64,000 bases of DNA from an uncultured Bifidobacteriaceae bacterium (GTDB lineage Bacteria; Bacteroidota; Bacteroidia; UKL13-3). This document shows, piece after piece, positions 1-8,572 of the stretch. Below the pieces are notes generated by a model. The model worked only from the letters and a program-made list of their open reading frames with translations. It did not search any database and was not told the origin of the DNA. Positions within the stretch are counted from its first letter, which is position 1, and each line of letters opens with the position of its first letter. The translations under genes and the position numbers were made by a program. The stretch is from NCBI GenBank assembly GCA_964392775.1, contig CAYMRD010000011.1:40410-104409 (forward strand), in the 5' to 3' direction.

Positions 1-75
1 TGTGTTTCCATGTCGGATTTATTTATTGTTCCAAATAAAACAATTTTATCCGTTATAACGGAATGAAAGGTTTCA

Positions 76-83
76 TATTTTTG
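76..83 (+). promoter_or_regulatory. Candidate Bacteroidota sigma-A -7 box (TATTTTTG, fits TAnnTTTG) 6 nt upstream of the ATG at 89
   Basis: Sequence motif tatttttg at 76-83. Implies a near-leaderless transcript. Confidence 0.25.
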
Positions 84-88
84 CATAC

Positions 89-907
89 ATGAACAAGGTT
101 ACCCTTTTCGATCAGATGAACCGTGTTGTAGAGGCTCCATTGCCCCCTAAACGAATTGTAAGCCTTGTGCCTTCGCAAACCGAATTGTTGTATGACTTGG
201 GGCTTGATGCTGAAGTGGTTGGACAAACCCTGTTTTGCATTCATCCACCCGCTCAGCATCAACATAAACCCAGGGTTGGGGGAACCAAGAACTTTCATAT
301 TGATAAAATAAAAGATTTGCAGCCCGACCTTATTATTGGAAACAAAGAAGAGAATGATAAGGCCGGAATTGAGCAGTTGGAGCAACTGTTTCCGGTTTGG
401 ATGAGTGATATTAGTAACCTTGCCGATGCGTTGGATATGATTCAAAGGGTCGGGAATCTGGTTCACAAACAACAAGAAGCTCAATGTTTAGTTGATCAGA
501 TTCGCAACTCATTTGAGGAGCTTCAATGTTTTGCCGTACCCAAACGAACAGCCTATTTAATTTGGCGTAAACCCTGGATGGCTGCCGGACAAGGAACATT
601 CATTGATGATATGCTAAACAGATTGGGCTTGGAAAATGTGTTTGGCAAGATGGATAGCCGTTACCCTGAAATCACTGATATTGCATTGCGAGAAGCTCAA
701 CCTGAATGTATTTTGCTTTCATCCGAACCTTATCCATTCAGGGAAAAACATATAGCCGAACTGCAGGCTGTTTGTCCGCAAACCAAAATTCTGCTTGTGG
801 ATGGCGAATTATTCAGTTGGTATGGAAGCCGCTTATTGCACAGTGTGGCTTATTTTCAAAAACTCATCAAAGAGGTTGATAACGAAAAGAATACTTTTGC
901 CGGGTGA
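89..907 (+). CDS. BtuF-like (helical backbone) periplasmic-binding-protein-family protein, cobalamin or siderophore binding type; no obvious signal peptide
   Basis: 272-aa ORF with an N-terminal IVSLVPSQTELLYDLGL motif typical of BtuF/FhuD class III substrate-binding proteins. Its stop overlaps the next ORF. Confidence 0.55.
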   Translation: MNKVTLFDQMNRVVEAPLPPKRIVSLVPSQTELLYDLGLDAEVVGQTLFCIHPPAQHQHKPRVGGTKNFHIDKIKDLQPDLIIGNKEENDKAGIEQLEQLFPVWMSDISNLADALDMIQRVGNLVHKQQEAQCLVDQIRNSFEELQCFAVPKRTAYLIWRKPWMAAGQGTFIDDMLNRLGLENVFGKMDSRYPEITDIALREAQPECILLSSEPYPFREKHIAELQAVCPQTKILLVDGELFSWYGSRLLHSVAYFQKLIKEVDNEKNTFAG

Positions 908-1809
908 ACAATATATCAACCTTTAATGTCTGGGCTGCGTATCTGGCGGTGGCCTTTTTCTGGGGAACCACCTTTTTAGCCATCCGTATTGGCGTACAAT
1001 CCATGCCTCCGTTTTTAATGGCGGGGTTTAGGCATTTTGCAGCCGGGTTACTCATTTGGGGATATTTTATGATGCGTGGATACCAACGTCCAACCCTGCA
1101 GCAATTAAAGGTGAGTGTAATCAACGGAATTTTGTTGCTGGTACTGGGAAATGGATTGGTATCGTGGGCCGAGATGTATATCAACAGCGGATTAACAGCA
1201 CTCATTTGCGCTTTATCGCCTTTGGCAATTATTGGTGCAAATGCCCTGATGGGAAACAAGGAAAAAATAACGGTAGCGGTTGTGGTGGGCATAGTAATGT
1301 GTTTGGTGGCGCAGGTTTTGATTTTTAAGAACAACCTGCACGAACTGGCCGATCCACATTATATTCAGGGTATTGTGTTTTTATTGATAGCCATTATTTC
1401 ATGGGCATTTGGTTCCATGTTCATCAAAAACAATCCAACAGGGTTGCATCCATTGTATGGGGCGAGTTTTCAGATGTTGAGTGCCGGAGCCATTTTGTTG
1501 GTTGTTGGTTCGGTGTTGGGTGAATGGCAGACATTTAGTGTTACCCAAGATGGGCTGGCCAGTATTGTGTATTTGATTGTGGCGGGATCGCTCGTTGGGT
1601 ATGGCAGTTATATGTATATTTTAAAGCACCTGCCGGCAGCCATTGTATCAACGTATGCGTATGTAAATACGTTGGTGGCAGTTGTATTGGGTTGGCTGTG
1701 GCTGGATGAGGTTGTTGATGGATGGGTATGGACAGCTGCAGTGCTTACCATTGCAGGTGTGTATTTGGTGAATAAAAGTTTTCAAAAAATGGCAGCAGCC
1801 AAGGTGTAA
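904..1809 (+). CDS. EamA/DMT-superfamily transporter (10 TM helices), GTG start overlapping upstream stop
   Basis: 301-aa ORF that is hydrophobic throughout with two EamA-like halves. It starts at GTG 904, overlapping the TGA at 905-907. Confidence 0.7.
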   Translation: MNNISTFNVWAAYLAVAFFWGTTFLAIRIGVQSMPPFLMAGFRHFAAGLLIWGYFMMRGYQRPTLQQLKVSVINGILLLVLGNGLVSWAEMYINSGLTALICALSPLAIIGANALMGNKEKITVAVVVGIVMCLVAQVLIFKNNLHELADPHYIQGIVFLLIAIISWAFGSMFIKNNPTGLHPLYGASFQMLSAGAILLVVGSVLGEWQTFSVTQDGLASIVYLIVAGSLVGYGSYMYILKHLPAAIVSTYAYVNTLVAVVLGWLWLDEVVDGWVWTAAVLTIAGVYLVNKSFQKMAAAKV

Positions 1810-1860
1810 AAAAAGCCGATTGAGATTTCAACCGGCTTTTGAAAAAGGGTAGGAGTGATG

Positions 1861-3063
1861 TTATTCAATAACGAGCTTACCGTTTATTCCAGATTGGGTT
1901 TTGTAGATATAAATCCCTTTAGGCAAAACAGAAACGTCAATAGTGTTTAATCCTGAATGGATTTGATTTGTTAATACGTTTTGTCCCATCAAATTGTAAA
2001 ATGCGATTGTTTCGGTTGTAAACTCAGGTGTTGCCTCTATTGTGATTATAGAAGTGGCCGGGTTTGGATAAACAGCCAACCGGGTGGTTTGGGATGTTTG
2101 GTTTTGAATGCCGGTATACGTGATGAAGTCGCTATATACTTCTTTTATCTGATTGATATAATAACCGGAGTCCTGGTTAAACCATTGGTTTATTCGCTGC
2201 ACCATAGCTCCGTCATTGTTATAGGTGATTAAATTTTTGTTGCCACTGCTTTTTGTCCAGTTTGTACCATCCCAATCTTCACTGTAATATTCTGTTTCAT
2301 TGTTATGGCTGTCATACGTGTATACCACACGACTCTCTAGAACATATAGGGAGTCTGCCCATCTGTAAAGATCTATCTTCGACAGCAGACTCAACTCCAA
2401 ATCGTTCGACCATTGATGCCACTGAATATTGCTATACCGCTCAGATTGTACAAATTGAAGGATTTCTTCATCCCAATACATTATTTCTACTTCTGTAGGT
2501 TCTCCGTTATTGTTGTAAGTAAAATACATCCGGGAGTCGTTTTGGTAAGTGGTGTCGGAAACCCAATATTCGCTTGTTAATTGTGAAAGCTGGTTTTGGT
2601 TATTATAAACATTTGTATTTCTGGTTGCGTCTAAAATTTCCCAAATGCCATTGTTGTATTGCGAGGACATGTAAGATGTTGAATTTCCATTTACATCATA
2701 CGTGTTAGTGCGTAAAAACGCAGAATCCCAAGTTTCAGTTTGGCCGTTAAAGATTAGAGAGAGGTGTTGAATCTCATGTCCTTTGGCATCATAGGAATAT
2801 TTGTTCTTATTATACGTTGTATTCTCTTCGATCAGTCGACCATGTGAATCGTAAACATTGTGGCTGGTATCCGTATGTTCTGTCCAATCATTTATACCAC
2901 TGCTCCACCAATTACGAAGGGTCAATTGAGGAAGGTATTGGGTAGTGGTTTTAGTGAATCCAATACTTGGCTGATGTTTAACCTTTGCAAAGGGTTTAGG
3001 TCTTGCGGAGGTTTGCTGCAAACCAAGTCCGAGTAAAGATAATAGTAGAATTTTTGTTTTCAT
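1861..3063 (-). CDS. Secreted protein with T9SS C-terminal sorting domain
   Basis: Signal peptide MKTKILLLSLLGLGLQQTSA. C-terminus has VYPNPATSIITIEA...GIYIYKTQ, the Por secretion tail. Confidence 0.75.
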   Translation of the reverse strand: MKTKILLLSLLGLGLQQTSARPKPFAKVKHQPSIGFTKTTTQYLPQLTLRNWWSSGINDWTEHTDTSHNVYDSHGRLIEENTTYNKNKYSYDAKGHEIQHLSLIFNGQTETWDSAFLRTNTYDVNGNSTSYMSSQYNNGIWEILDATRNTNVYNNQNQLSQLTSEYWVSDTTYQNDSRMYFTYNNNGEPTEVEIMYWDEEILQFVQSERYSNIQWHQWSNDLELSLLSKIDLYRWADSLYVLESRVVYTYDSHNNETEYYSEDWDGTNWTKSSGNKNLITYNNDGAMVQRINQWFNQDSGYYINQIKEVYSDFITYTGIQNQTSQTTRLAVYPNPATSIITIEATPEFTTETIAFYNLMGQNVLTNQIHSGLNTIDVSVLPKGIYIYKTQSGINGKLVIE

Positions 3064-3106
3064 ATTGTATGTGATTAAATTAGGTAGTGAAATATACAGT
3101 TAAATA

Positions 3107-3330
3107 ATGGTGATGTTGTAATATAGTGTTAATAATTCATTCAATGTATATCCGCAAGTGTTCCCAAATGCATATTTGGCACGGCTTTGTGGCGAGAGAT
3201 CTTTGCCACTAAGCCAAAGGGGCTCAAAGTATCACTAAGTTTAAATTCTACTGGTAAGCTTGCAGATATACACTTCATTTTATCCATTTAATTTGTGGAA
3301 ATTTTCTCTCAACACACTTTTACAACATAT
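3107..3330 (-). repeat. Copy 1 of a ~220-bp structured element (inverted paralogue of 25328-25545, ~95% identical), immediately upstream of the minus-strand T9SS gene
   Basis: Reverse complement aligns base-for-base with 25328-25545, with about 12 mismatches. Contains 15-bp terminal inverted repeats and internal hairpins. Confidence 0.8.
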
Positions 3331-3444
3331 AAAATAACAAAATCACCTGGATTGAGTCAGGAGGTATAAACAATAAAATCCTGTACATTTGCAGCTTAAA
3401 TAATTTCAATCATCAGGGCTATTTACCCTGTAATGTTTTGACCA

Positions 3445-4548
3445 ATGAGTAAAAAAGGAAGAATTCTGGTTGCCATGAGTGGCGGCCTGGACAGTACGGT
3501 TACAGCCGTTATGTTAGCCGAAGAGGGCTACGAAGTAGTAGGGATCACCATGAAAACATGGGACTATGCCACAGCAGGCGGGAGCAAAAAGGAAACCGGT
3601 TGCTGCAGTCTGGATTCCATCAATGATGCCCGAACCATTGCCGTTAAACACGGTATTCACCACATGATTTTAGATATCCGCGAAGAGTTTGGCGATTTTG
3701 TAATCAACAACTTTGTGGATGAGTATATCGCAGGCCGAACCCCCAATCCTTGTGTATTGTGCAATACGCATATCAAATGGGAGGCTTTGCTCAAACGTGC
3801 CAACCAGCTCGATTGTGAGTTTATTGCCACCGGGCATTATGCGCAGGTGCGTAACGAAAACAACCGTTATGTGGTTTCAAAAGGATTGGATGAAAACAAA
3901 GACCAGTCGTATGTTTTATGGGGATTGAGCCAGTCGAGTCTTGAGCGTACCCGGTTCCCGTTAGGTGGTTTCCGCAAAACGGATATTCGCCAGATGGCTA
4001 TTGATATGGGCTATGAAGAACTGGCTAAAAAAAGTGAGAGTTACGAAATATGCTTTGTGCCCGATAATGATTACCGTGGTTTCTTAAAACGCAGGGTTGA
4101 AGGACTGGAAGCGCAGGTAGAAGGCGGAGAGTTTGTAACCCGCGAAGGGAAAGTATTGGGCAAACACCGCGGATATCCGTTTTATACCGTTGGGCAACGT
4201 AAAGGGTTGGAAATTGCCGTTGGTGAACCTTTGTTCGTTTTAGAGATTCAGCCCGAAACCAATAAGGTTGTATTGGGTCGTGAGCATGAGCTGAAACGCA
4301 AAGGGATGTGGGTACGCGGACTGAATATGGGTAAATATGAATACCTTAATGAGCCGCTGGAAGCCCTGACCAAGGTGCGCTACAAGGATGCAGGTACCAC
4401 TTCAATGATTGAACAGGAAGACAACCGCATGAAGGTGATCTTTAATGATGATGTGAAAGCCATTGCGCCCGGACAATCAGCTGTGTTTTATGAAGGCAAT
4501 GATGTTGTGGGTGGAGGATGGATTGAAAAGGCGTTTGATGTTGTTTAA
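3445..4548 (+). CDS. mnmA: tRNA-specific 2-thiouridylase MnmA
   Basis: N-terminal PP-loop ILVAMSGGLDSTV and a conserved Cys-containing C-terminal domain. 367 aa. Confidence 0.9.
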   Translation: MSKKGRILVAMSGGLDSTVTAVMLAEEGYEVVGITMKTWDYATAGGSKKETGCCSLDSINDARTIAVKHGIHHMILDIREEFGDFVINNFVDEYIAGRTPNPCVLCNTHIKWEALLKRANQLDCEFIATGHYAQVRNENNRYVVSKGLDENKDQSYVLWGLSQSSLERTRFPLGGFRKTDIRQMAIDMGYEELAKKSESYEICFVPDNDYRGFLKRRVEGLEAQVEGGEFVTREGKVLGKHRGYPFYTVGQRKGLEIAVGEPLFVLEIQPETNKVVLGREHELKRKGMWVRGLNMGKYEYLNEPLEALTKVRYKDAGTTSMIEQEDNRMKVIFNDDVKAIAPGQSAVFYEGNDVVGGGWIEKAFDVV

Positions 4549-4556
4549 TACCAATA

Positions 4557-4608
4557 GACTGAAGACTGAAGACTGAAGACTAAAGACTAAAGACTGAAGA
4601 CTAAAGAT
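4557..4608 (+). repeat. Tandem heptamer array (GACTGAA/GACTAAA) x7.4, starting 9 nt after the mnmA stop
   Basis: Direct reading gives gactgaa x3, gactaaa x2, gactgaa, gactaaa, then gat. Confidence 0.9.
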
Positions 4609-5003
4609 AGGTTGCTGTCTGCAATTTTGAATGATTGGAATACGCAAAGAAAGATTCACGCAGAGCTGCAAAGGCGCGAGAGTATAGAGACGCAGGTAGG
4701 AAAGGGACTTTGGTTGATAATAAATGTTATGTATTAGTAAAGTGTTGTTTTTTAGCAATCAGTCCGGTCGAGTAGCAATTGCTGAGGATTTGTAGAGCAT
4801 TGCGTATCGAGACCAAACACTTCTCGATACGGCTTGCAGCCTACTCGAAGTGACTACCAACAACATTACATTAATACATAACCATAATAAATTGTCATGA
4901 CTATATTTTTATAATAGAAGTGAATCTGTGATAATCAGTGGCTAATACTGCCTGCCGGATATGTTTTGAGTATTGATTCCTTGCTCTGTTATCCTCACAC
5001 AAT

Positions 5004-5729
5004 TTGAAGTTTCACCAATCGTTATATATTCGTTTTATTAAAACACTTGTGCGATATACATATTATTTGTTTCTGCTGACTGCGGTTATGGCTGTTGCCT
5101 GCAGCAAACCCGCAGCCGATACTACACCCGTTGATTTAGGGTACAATTATTATCCGCTGGCAACAGGCGACACACGGGTGTATCATGTCGATTCGATTGT
5201 GTACGATAACAATTCGGGCTTTACCACCATTGATACTTTTACCTATTTTTACAAGGAAACAGTTGGTGAAATTTTTACCGATTTGGCCGGCAAACAAAAC
5301 CGGATGATTCACCGCTATTTCCGTTGGAGCGATACCTTGCCGTGGACGGAAGCCAATACCTCAACGGCTCTTATCAATGAGTTGCAGGTTCAGCGGGTAG
5401 ATGAGAATACAAGATTTGTAAAGCTGGTGTTTCCGCCCGAAAAAGCGAAAATATGGAATGGCAATATGTTTAATGCTCTTCCTCCTGAAAACTGGCAAAT
5501 TACCGCGTTGGATGAACAAGTAAAAGTAGGAAGTATAACCTACCCGCAAACCATGCAGGTGGTACAGAAAAACGAAATCAATTTTATTGAAGAAATTGTG
5601 CGCTACGAAAGGTATGCCCGAAACATTGGAATGGTTTACCTGTTGTCGGATTCAATCAATACACAGGTGGAAGGTTCAAGAGGGTATAGATATCGTTTAA
5701 CTTTGCTTTCGTTCACTCCACATTCATGA
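5004..5729 (+). CDS. Hypothetical lipoprotein (lipobox AVAC-S)
   Basis: 241-aa ORF. The signal peptide ends LLTAVMAVACSKP. Its stop overlaps the start of the next gene (ATGA). Confidence 0.55.
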   Translation: MKFHQSLYIRFIKTLVRYTYYLFLLTAVMAVACSKPAADTTPVDLGYNYYPLATGDTRVYHVDSIVYDNNSGFTTIDTFTYFYKETVGEIFTDLAGKQNRMIHRYFRWSDTLPWTEANTSTALINELQVQRVDENTRFVKLVFPPEKAKIWNGNMFNALPPENWQITALDEQVKVGSITYPQTMQVVQKNEINFIEEIVRYERYARNIGMVYLLSDSINTQVEGSRGYRYRLTLLSFTPHS

Positions 5730-7348
5730 GAAATCTGCTATGGGTTTGGCTGATGTTTCCGCTGATTGCTCCGGCTCAGCAGGTGTATTGGGTTACTTTT
5801 TCGCATAAAGATTCAACGTTCAGCATAAATGAACCACATCGTTTTTTATCGGAACGCGCCATTCAACGCAGAAGTAAAATGGGAATTTCTCTGTCATCAG
5901 TGGACCTGCCTGTTGCCCCTCAGTTTCTTGAAACCCTTCAAACAAATGGGTTTAAGATTGCCGGAAAAAGTAAATGGTTGAATGGCGCAGCCGTTGTTGC
6001 ACGAAATAAAGAAGCGCTCAAAAGCTTTCCATTCATCCAATCTGTTTTACTTTTGGGTTCATACAAAGCTCCCCGGAATACGAAGATGCAGGATGCTGTT
6101 CAGTCTGATACCGGCAGCAGGTTTGGGAAAATAGGAACAAACGATTCGAGTGGGTATGGGGTGAGCTATAAACAACTTCAACAAATTAATCTTCCGGTTT
6201 ACCATAAAAACTTTTCAGGTGAAGGCGTTTGGATTGCGGTATTGGATGCGGGTTTTTACAAGGCTCGTCAACATCCGGCATTTCAATCCTTGTTTCAATC
6301 GGGACGTGTATTGGCCACCCACGATTTTGTAACAGGCGATAGCAATGTGTTTAATGATGATGATCATGGACTGGCTGTCCTGTCATGCCTGGCTGCCAAT
6401 CAACAAGGCGTATACAAAGGTTCGGCACCCGATGCCGGTTATATCTTATTGCGTTGTGAAGATGCAGATTCGGAGATGCCCATTGAAGAGGTGTTTTGGG
6501 CCGAAGCAGCCGAGTTTGCCGATAGTATGGGCGTTGATCTGATCAACTCATCGTTGGGTTATAATGAGTTTGACGAGCCGTGGCTAAACCATACCCGAAA
6601 AGAACTTAACGGACATTCAACACTCATATCCCAAGCCGCTTCTATTGCCGTATCAACAGGAATGACGGTAGTGAACAGTGCAGGTAATGAAGGGGATGGA
6701 GACTGGAGGTATATCGCAGTTCCGGCTGACGTATCATCGGTTATTACGGTTGGAGGTGTTGATGCAAAAGGTCATTATGTGGCCTTTAGCTCGGTTGGTA
6801 CGGGGGCCAAAAAAGACATTAAACCCGATGTGGTAGCATTGGCCGATAATGTATGGGTGGCCTCTCCATCCGGCTCATATTATCAGGGTGATGGAACCTC
6901 CTATGCAGGGCCGATAATGTCCGGAGCAGTAGCTTGTTTAATGCAGCAATATCCGAATACAACACCCGGTAAACTACAGCTTGCTTTGCACCAAAGCGGC
7001 AATCAATATTATAAATCCGATCAATATGTGGGTTATGGCATTCCGGATATGGTGCTGGCTTCGGGCATACTTGGAGCCGGTTTATTAACTACAGATACCC
7101 TGATGGATGTTCGCAGGCTGAAAGACCGGAAATTGCATATCCTGTTTGTGTCCGGTACAGAACAAAAGCTGAATATAACAGTGAGCAAACCGGATGGAAC
7201 GGTACTGTTGACGGAATCGGCTGCCGTGAAAAAGGGAGCCAACCGGTTGCCTTTGCACAAATCGCGGAAGTTAGCCTCTGGAAATTATAAGGTAATTTGT
7301 AAAAGTAGTTTAACTTTGAGTCAGGAAGTTGATATCATGTTGCCATGA
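5726..7348 (+). CDS. Subtilisin-like serine peptidase (S8 family), secreted
   Basis: Signal peptide present. Catalytic triad contexts are VLDAGF (Asp), DHGLAVLS (His) and GTSYAGP (Ser). Confidence 0.85.
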   Translation: MRNLLWVWLMFPLIAPAQQVYWVTFSHKDSTFSINEPHRFLSERAIQRRSKMGISLSSVDLPVAPQFLETLQTNGFKIAGKSKWLNGAAVVARNKEALKSFPFIQSVLLLGSYKAPRNTKMQDAVQSDTGSRFGKIGTNDSSGYGVSYKQLQQINLPVYHKNFSGEGVWIAVLDAGFYKARQHPAFQSLFQSGRVLATHDFVTGDSNVFNDDDHGLAVLSCLAANQQGVYKGSAPDAGYILLRCEDADSEMPIEEVFWAEAAEFADSMGVDLINSSLGYNEFDEPWLNHTRKELNGHSTLISQAASIAVSTGMTVVNSAGNEGDGDWRYIAVPADVSSVITVGGVDAKGHYVAFSSVGTGAKKDIKPDVVALADNVWVASPSGSYYQGDGTSYAGPIMSGAVACLMQQYPNTTPGKLQLALHQSGNQYYKSDQYVGYGIPDMVLASGILGAGLLTTDTLMDVRRLKDRKLHILFVSGTEQKLNITVSKPDGTVLLTESAAVKKGANRLPLHKSRKLASGNYKVICKSSLTLSQEVDIMLP

Positions 7349-7839
7349 AAACTGTCGAAAAGCTTGAGTACTGGTTTGAAGAAGAATTGCCGGGATTGTT
7401 GTCAAAGCTCAAACCCGAAACACCACCCGAATGGGGGAGCATGAATGCCACTCAAATGCTGGATCATTTAAGTGAGGTGTTTAACCTGGCGATGGTCGAA
7501 TACATTCTTCCTGTCGAAACAATTTCGGAGAAAGCCGGTAAATACAAAACGGTTGGGTTGTTGAGCGACCGTCCGATGCCCAAAGGATTTAACAATCCCA
7601 TCTTAAAACTATTGATTAAAACTACGGAGCCGGCTTTTGATGAAGCACGTACCCGTTTAACCGAACGGTACTACGCTTTTAAAAACTATTTTGCCACGCA
7701 TCCCGGAGCAGAAACGCCTCATAATATGTTTGGATACCTCAATTATCATGAGTGGTTATGGTTTCACTACAAACATTTTCTGCACCATCTGGCACAGTTT
7801 GGTTTAGTGCCGTATCACGAGAAAATCGAACTAAAGTAG
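7345..7839 (+). CDS. DinB/YfiT-like (DUF1569-type) protein
   Basis: 164-aa ORF with His-rich C-terminus FLHHLAQFG typical of the DinB-like four-helix family. Translationally coupled (ATGA) to the S8 peptidase. Confidence 0.45.
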   Translation: MKTVEKLEYWFEEELPGLLSKLKPETPPEWGSMNATQMLDHLSEVFNLAMVEYILPVETISEKAGKYKTVGLLSDRPMPKGFNNPILKLLIKTTEPAFDEARTRLTERYYAFKNYFATHPGAETPHNMFGYLNYHEWLWFHYKHFLHHLAQFGLVPYHEKIELK

Positions 7840-8547
7840 AGCAGTTAAATCTTTAGTGCCAACAGGGCGTTTCACCGTAAAGGCTTCGGCATATTTTGCT
7901 CCGATGGGTCTTCCAAATTCACGTGCGCGGGCTTCTAAAAAGTCAAAAAAATCTTTTGTTGAAATCGGTGATTCAGGCTCGGTTGATTCGGGATTGTAGA
8001 ACTGTGACGAATATGCTTTGATGCATTCTATTTTCTGCTCAAAATAAGGTGTGATATCCACTATGATATCCGGTTTGGTATGGTAATCCTGAATATAATG
8101 GTAGATGGCTTTGGGGCGCCATTCTGTTTGGTCTTTACCTTTGTGAATGGTTTCGATCCGTCTCAACCCCGATAAAAAACAGGCATCATGCACCAATGAA
8201 GCCGCACGGCCATGGTCGATATGGCGGTCGAATTCAGAGTTACACAATACAATTTCGGGTTGGTATTTGCGTACCATCTCAATGATTTGCAATTGGTGGT
8301 GTTCGTTGTTTTCAAAAAAGCCATCGCGCATTCTCAGGTTCTCACGTACACTGATACCCATAATCTCGGATGAACGGGTAGCTTCACGGTCGCGCAAATC
8401 AGCACTTCCACGGGTGCCCAGTTCGCCACGGGTCAAATCAACAATGCCCACTTTTTTGCCTAAGGCAAGGTGAGCCAAAACGGTTCCGCAGGCGGCAAGT
8501 TCAATATCATCAGGGTGTGCAGCAAAAGCAAGAATATCCAATTTCAT
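7831..8547 (-). CDS. bshB1: Bacillithiol biosynthesis deacetylase BshB1 (PIG-L/LmbE family)
   Basis: N-terminal LDILAFAAHPDDIELAACGT motif of LmbE-like deacetylases. 238 aa. Confidence 0.8.
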   Translation of the reverse strand: MKLDILAFAAHPDDIELAACGTVLAHLALGKKVGIVDLTRGELGTRGSADLRDREATRSSEIMGISVRENLRMRDGFFENNEHHQLQIIEMVRKYQPEIVLCNSEFDRHIDHGRAASLVHDACFLSGLRRIETIHKGKDQTEWRPKAIYHYIQDYHTKPDIIVDITPYFEQKIECIKAYSSQFYNPESTEPESPISTKDFFDFLEARAREFGRPIGAKYAEAFTVKRPVGTKDLTALL

Positions 8548-8572
8548 GGCGCGAATATAGGGTTAATCAACC

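Noticed and set aside
1-88. Cobalamin riboswitch upstream of the BtuF-like gene
   Set aside because: Only 88 nt of upstream sequence is in the window and it lacks B12-box-like motifs. Cannot be assessed.
53-1334. Minus-strand ORFs 53-484, 411-599, 867-1334 and many similar antisense or internal ORFs across the window (e.g. 16737-17201, 19340-19600, 36415-36888, 60390-60896)
   Set aside because: They lie wholly inside strongly supported genes on the opposite strand or in other frames, have no motifs, and are typical shadow ORFs.
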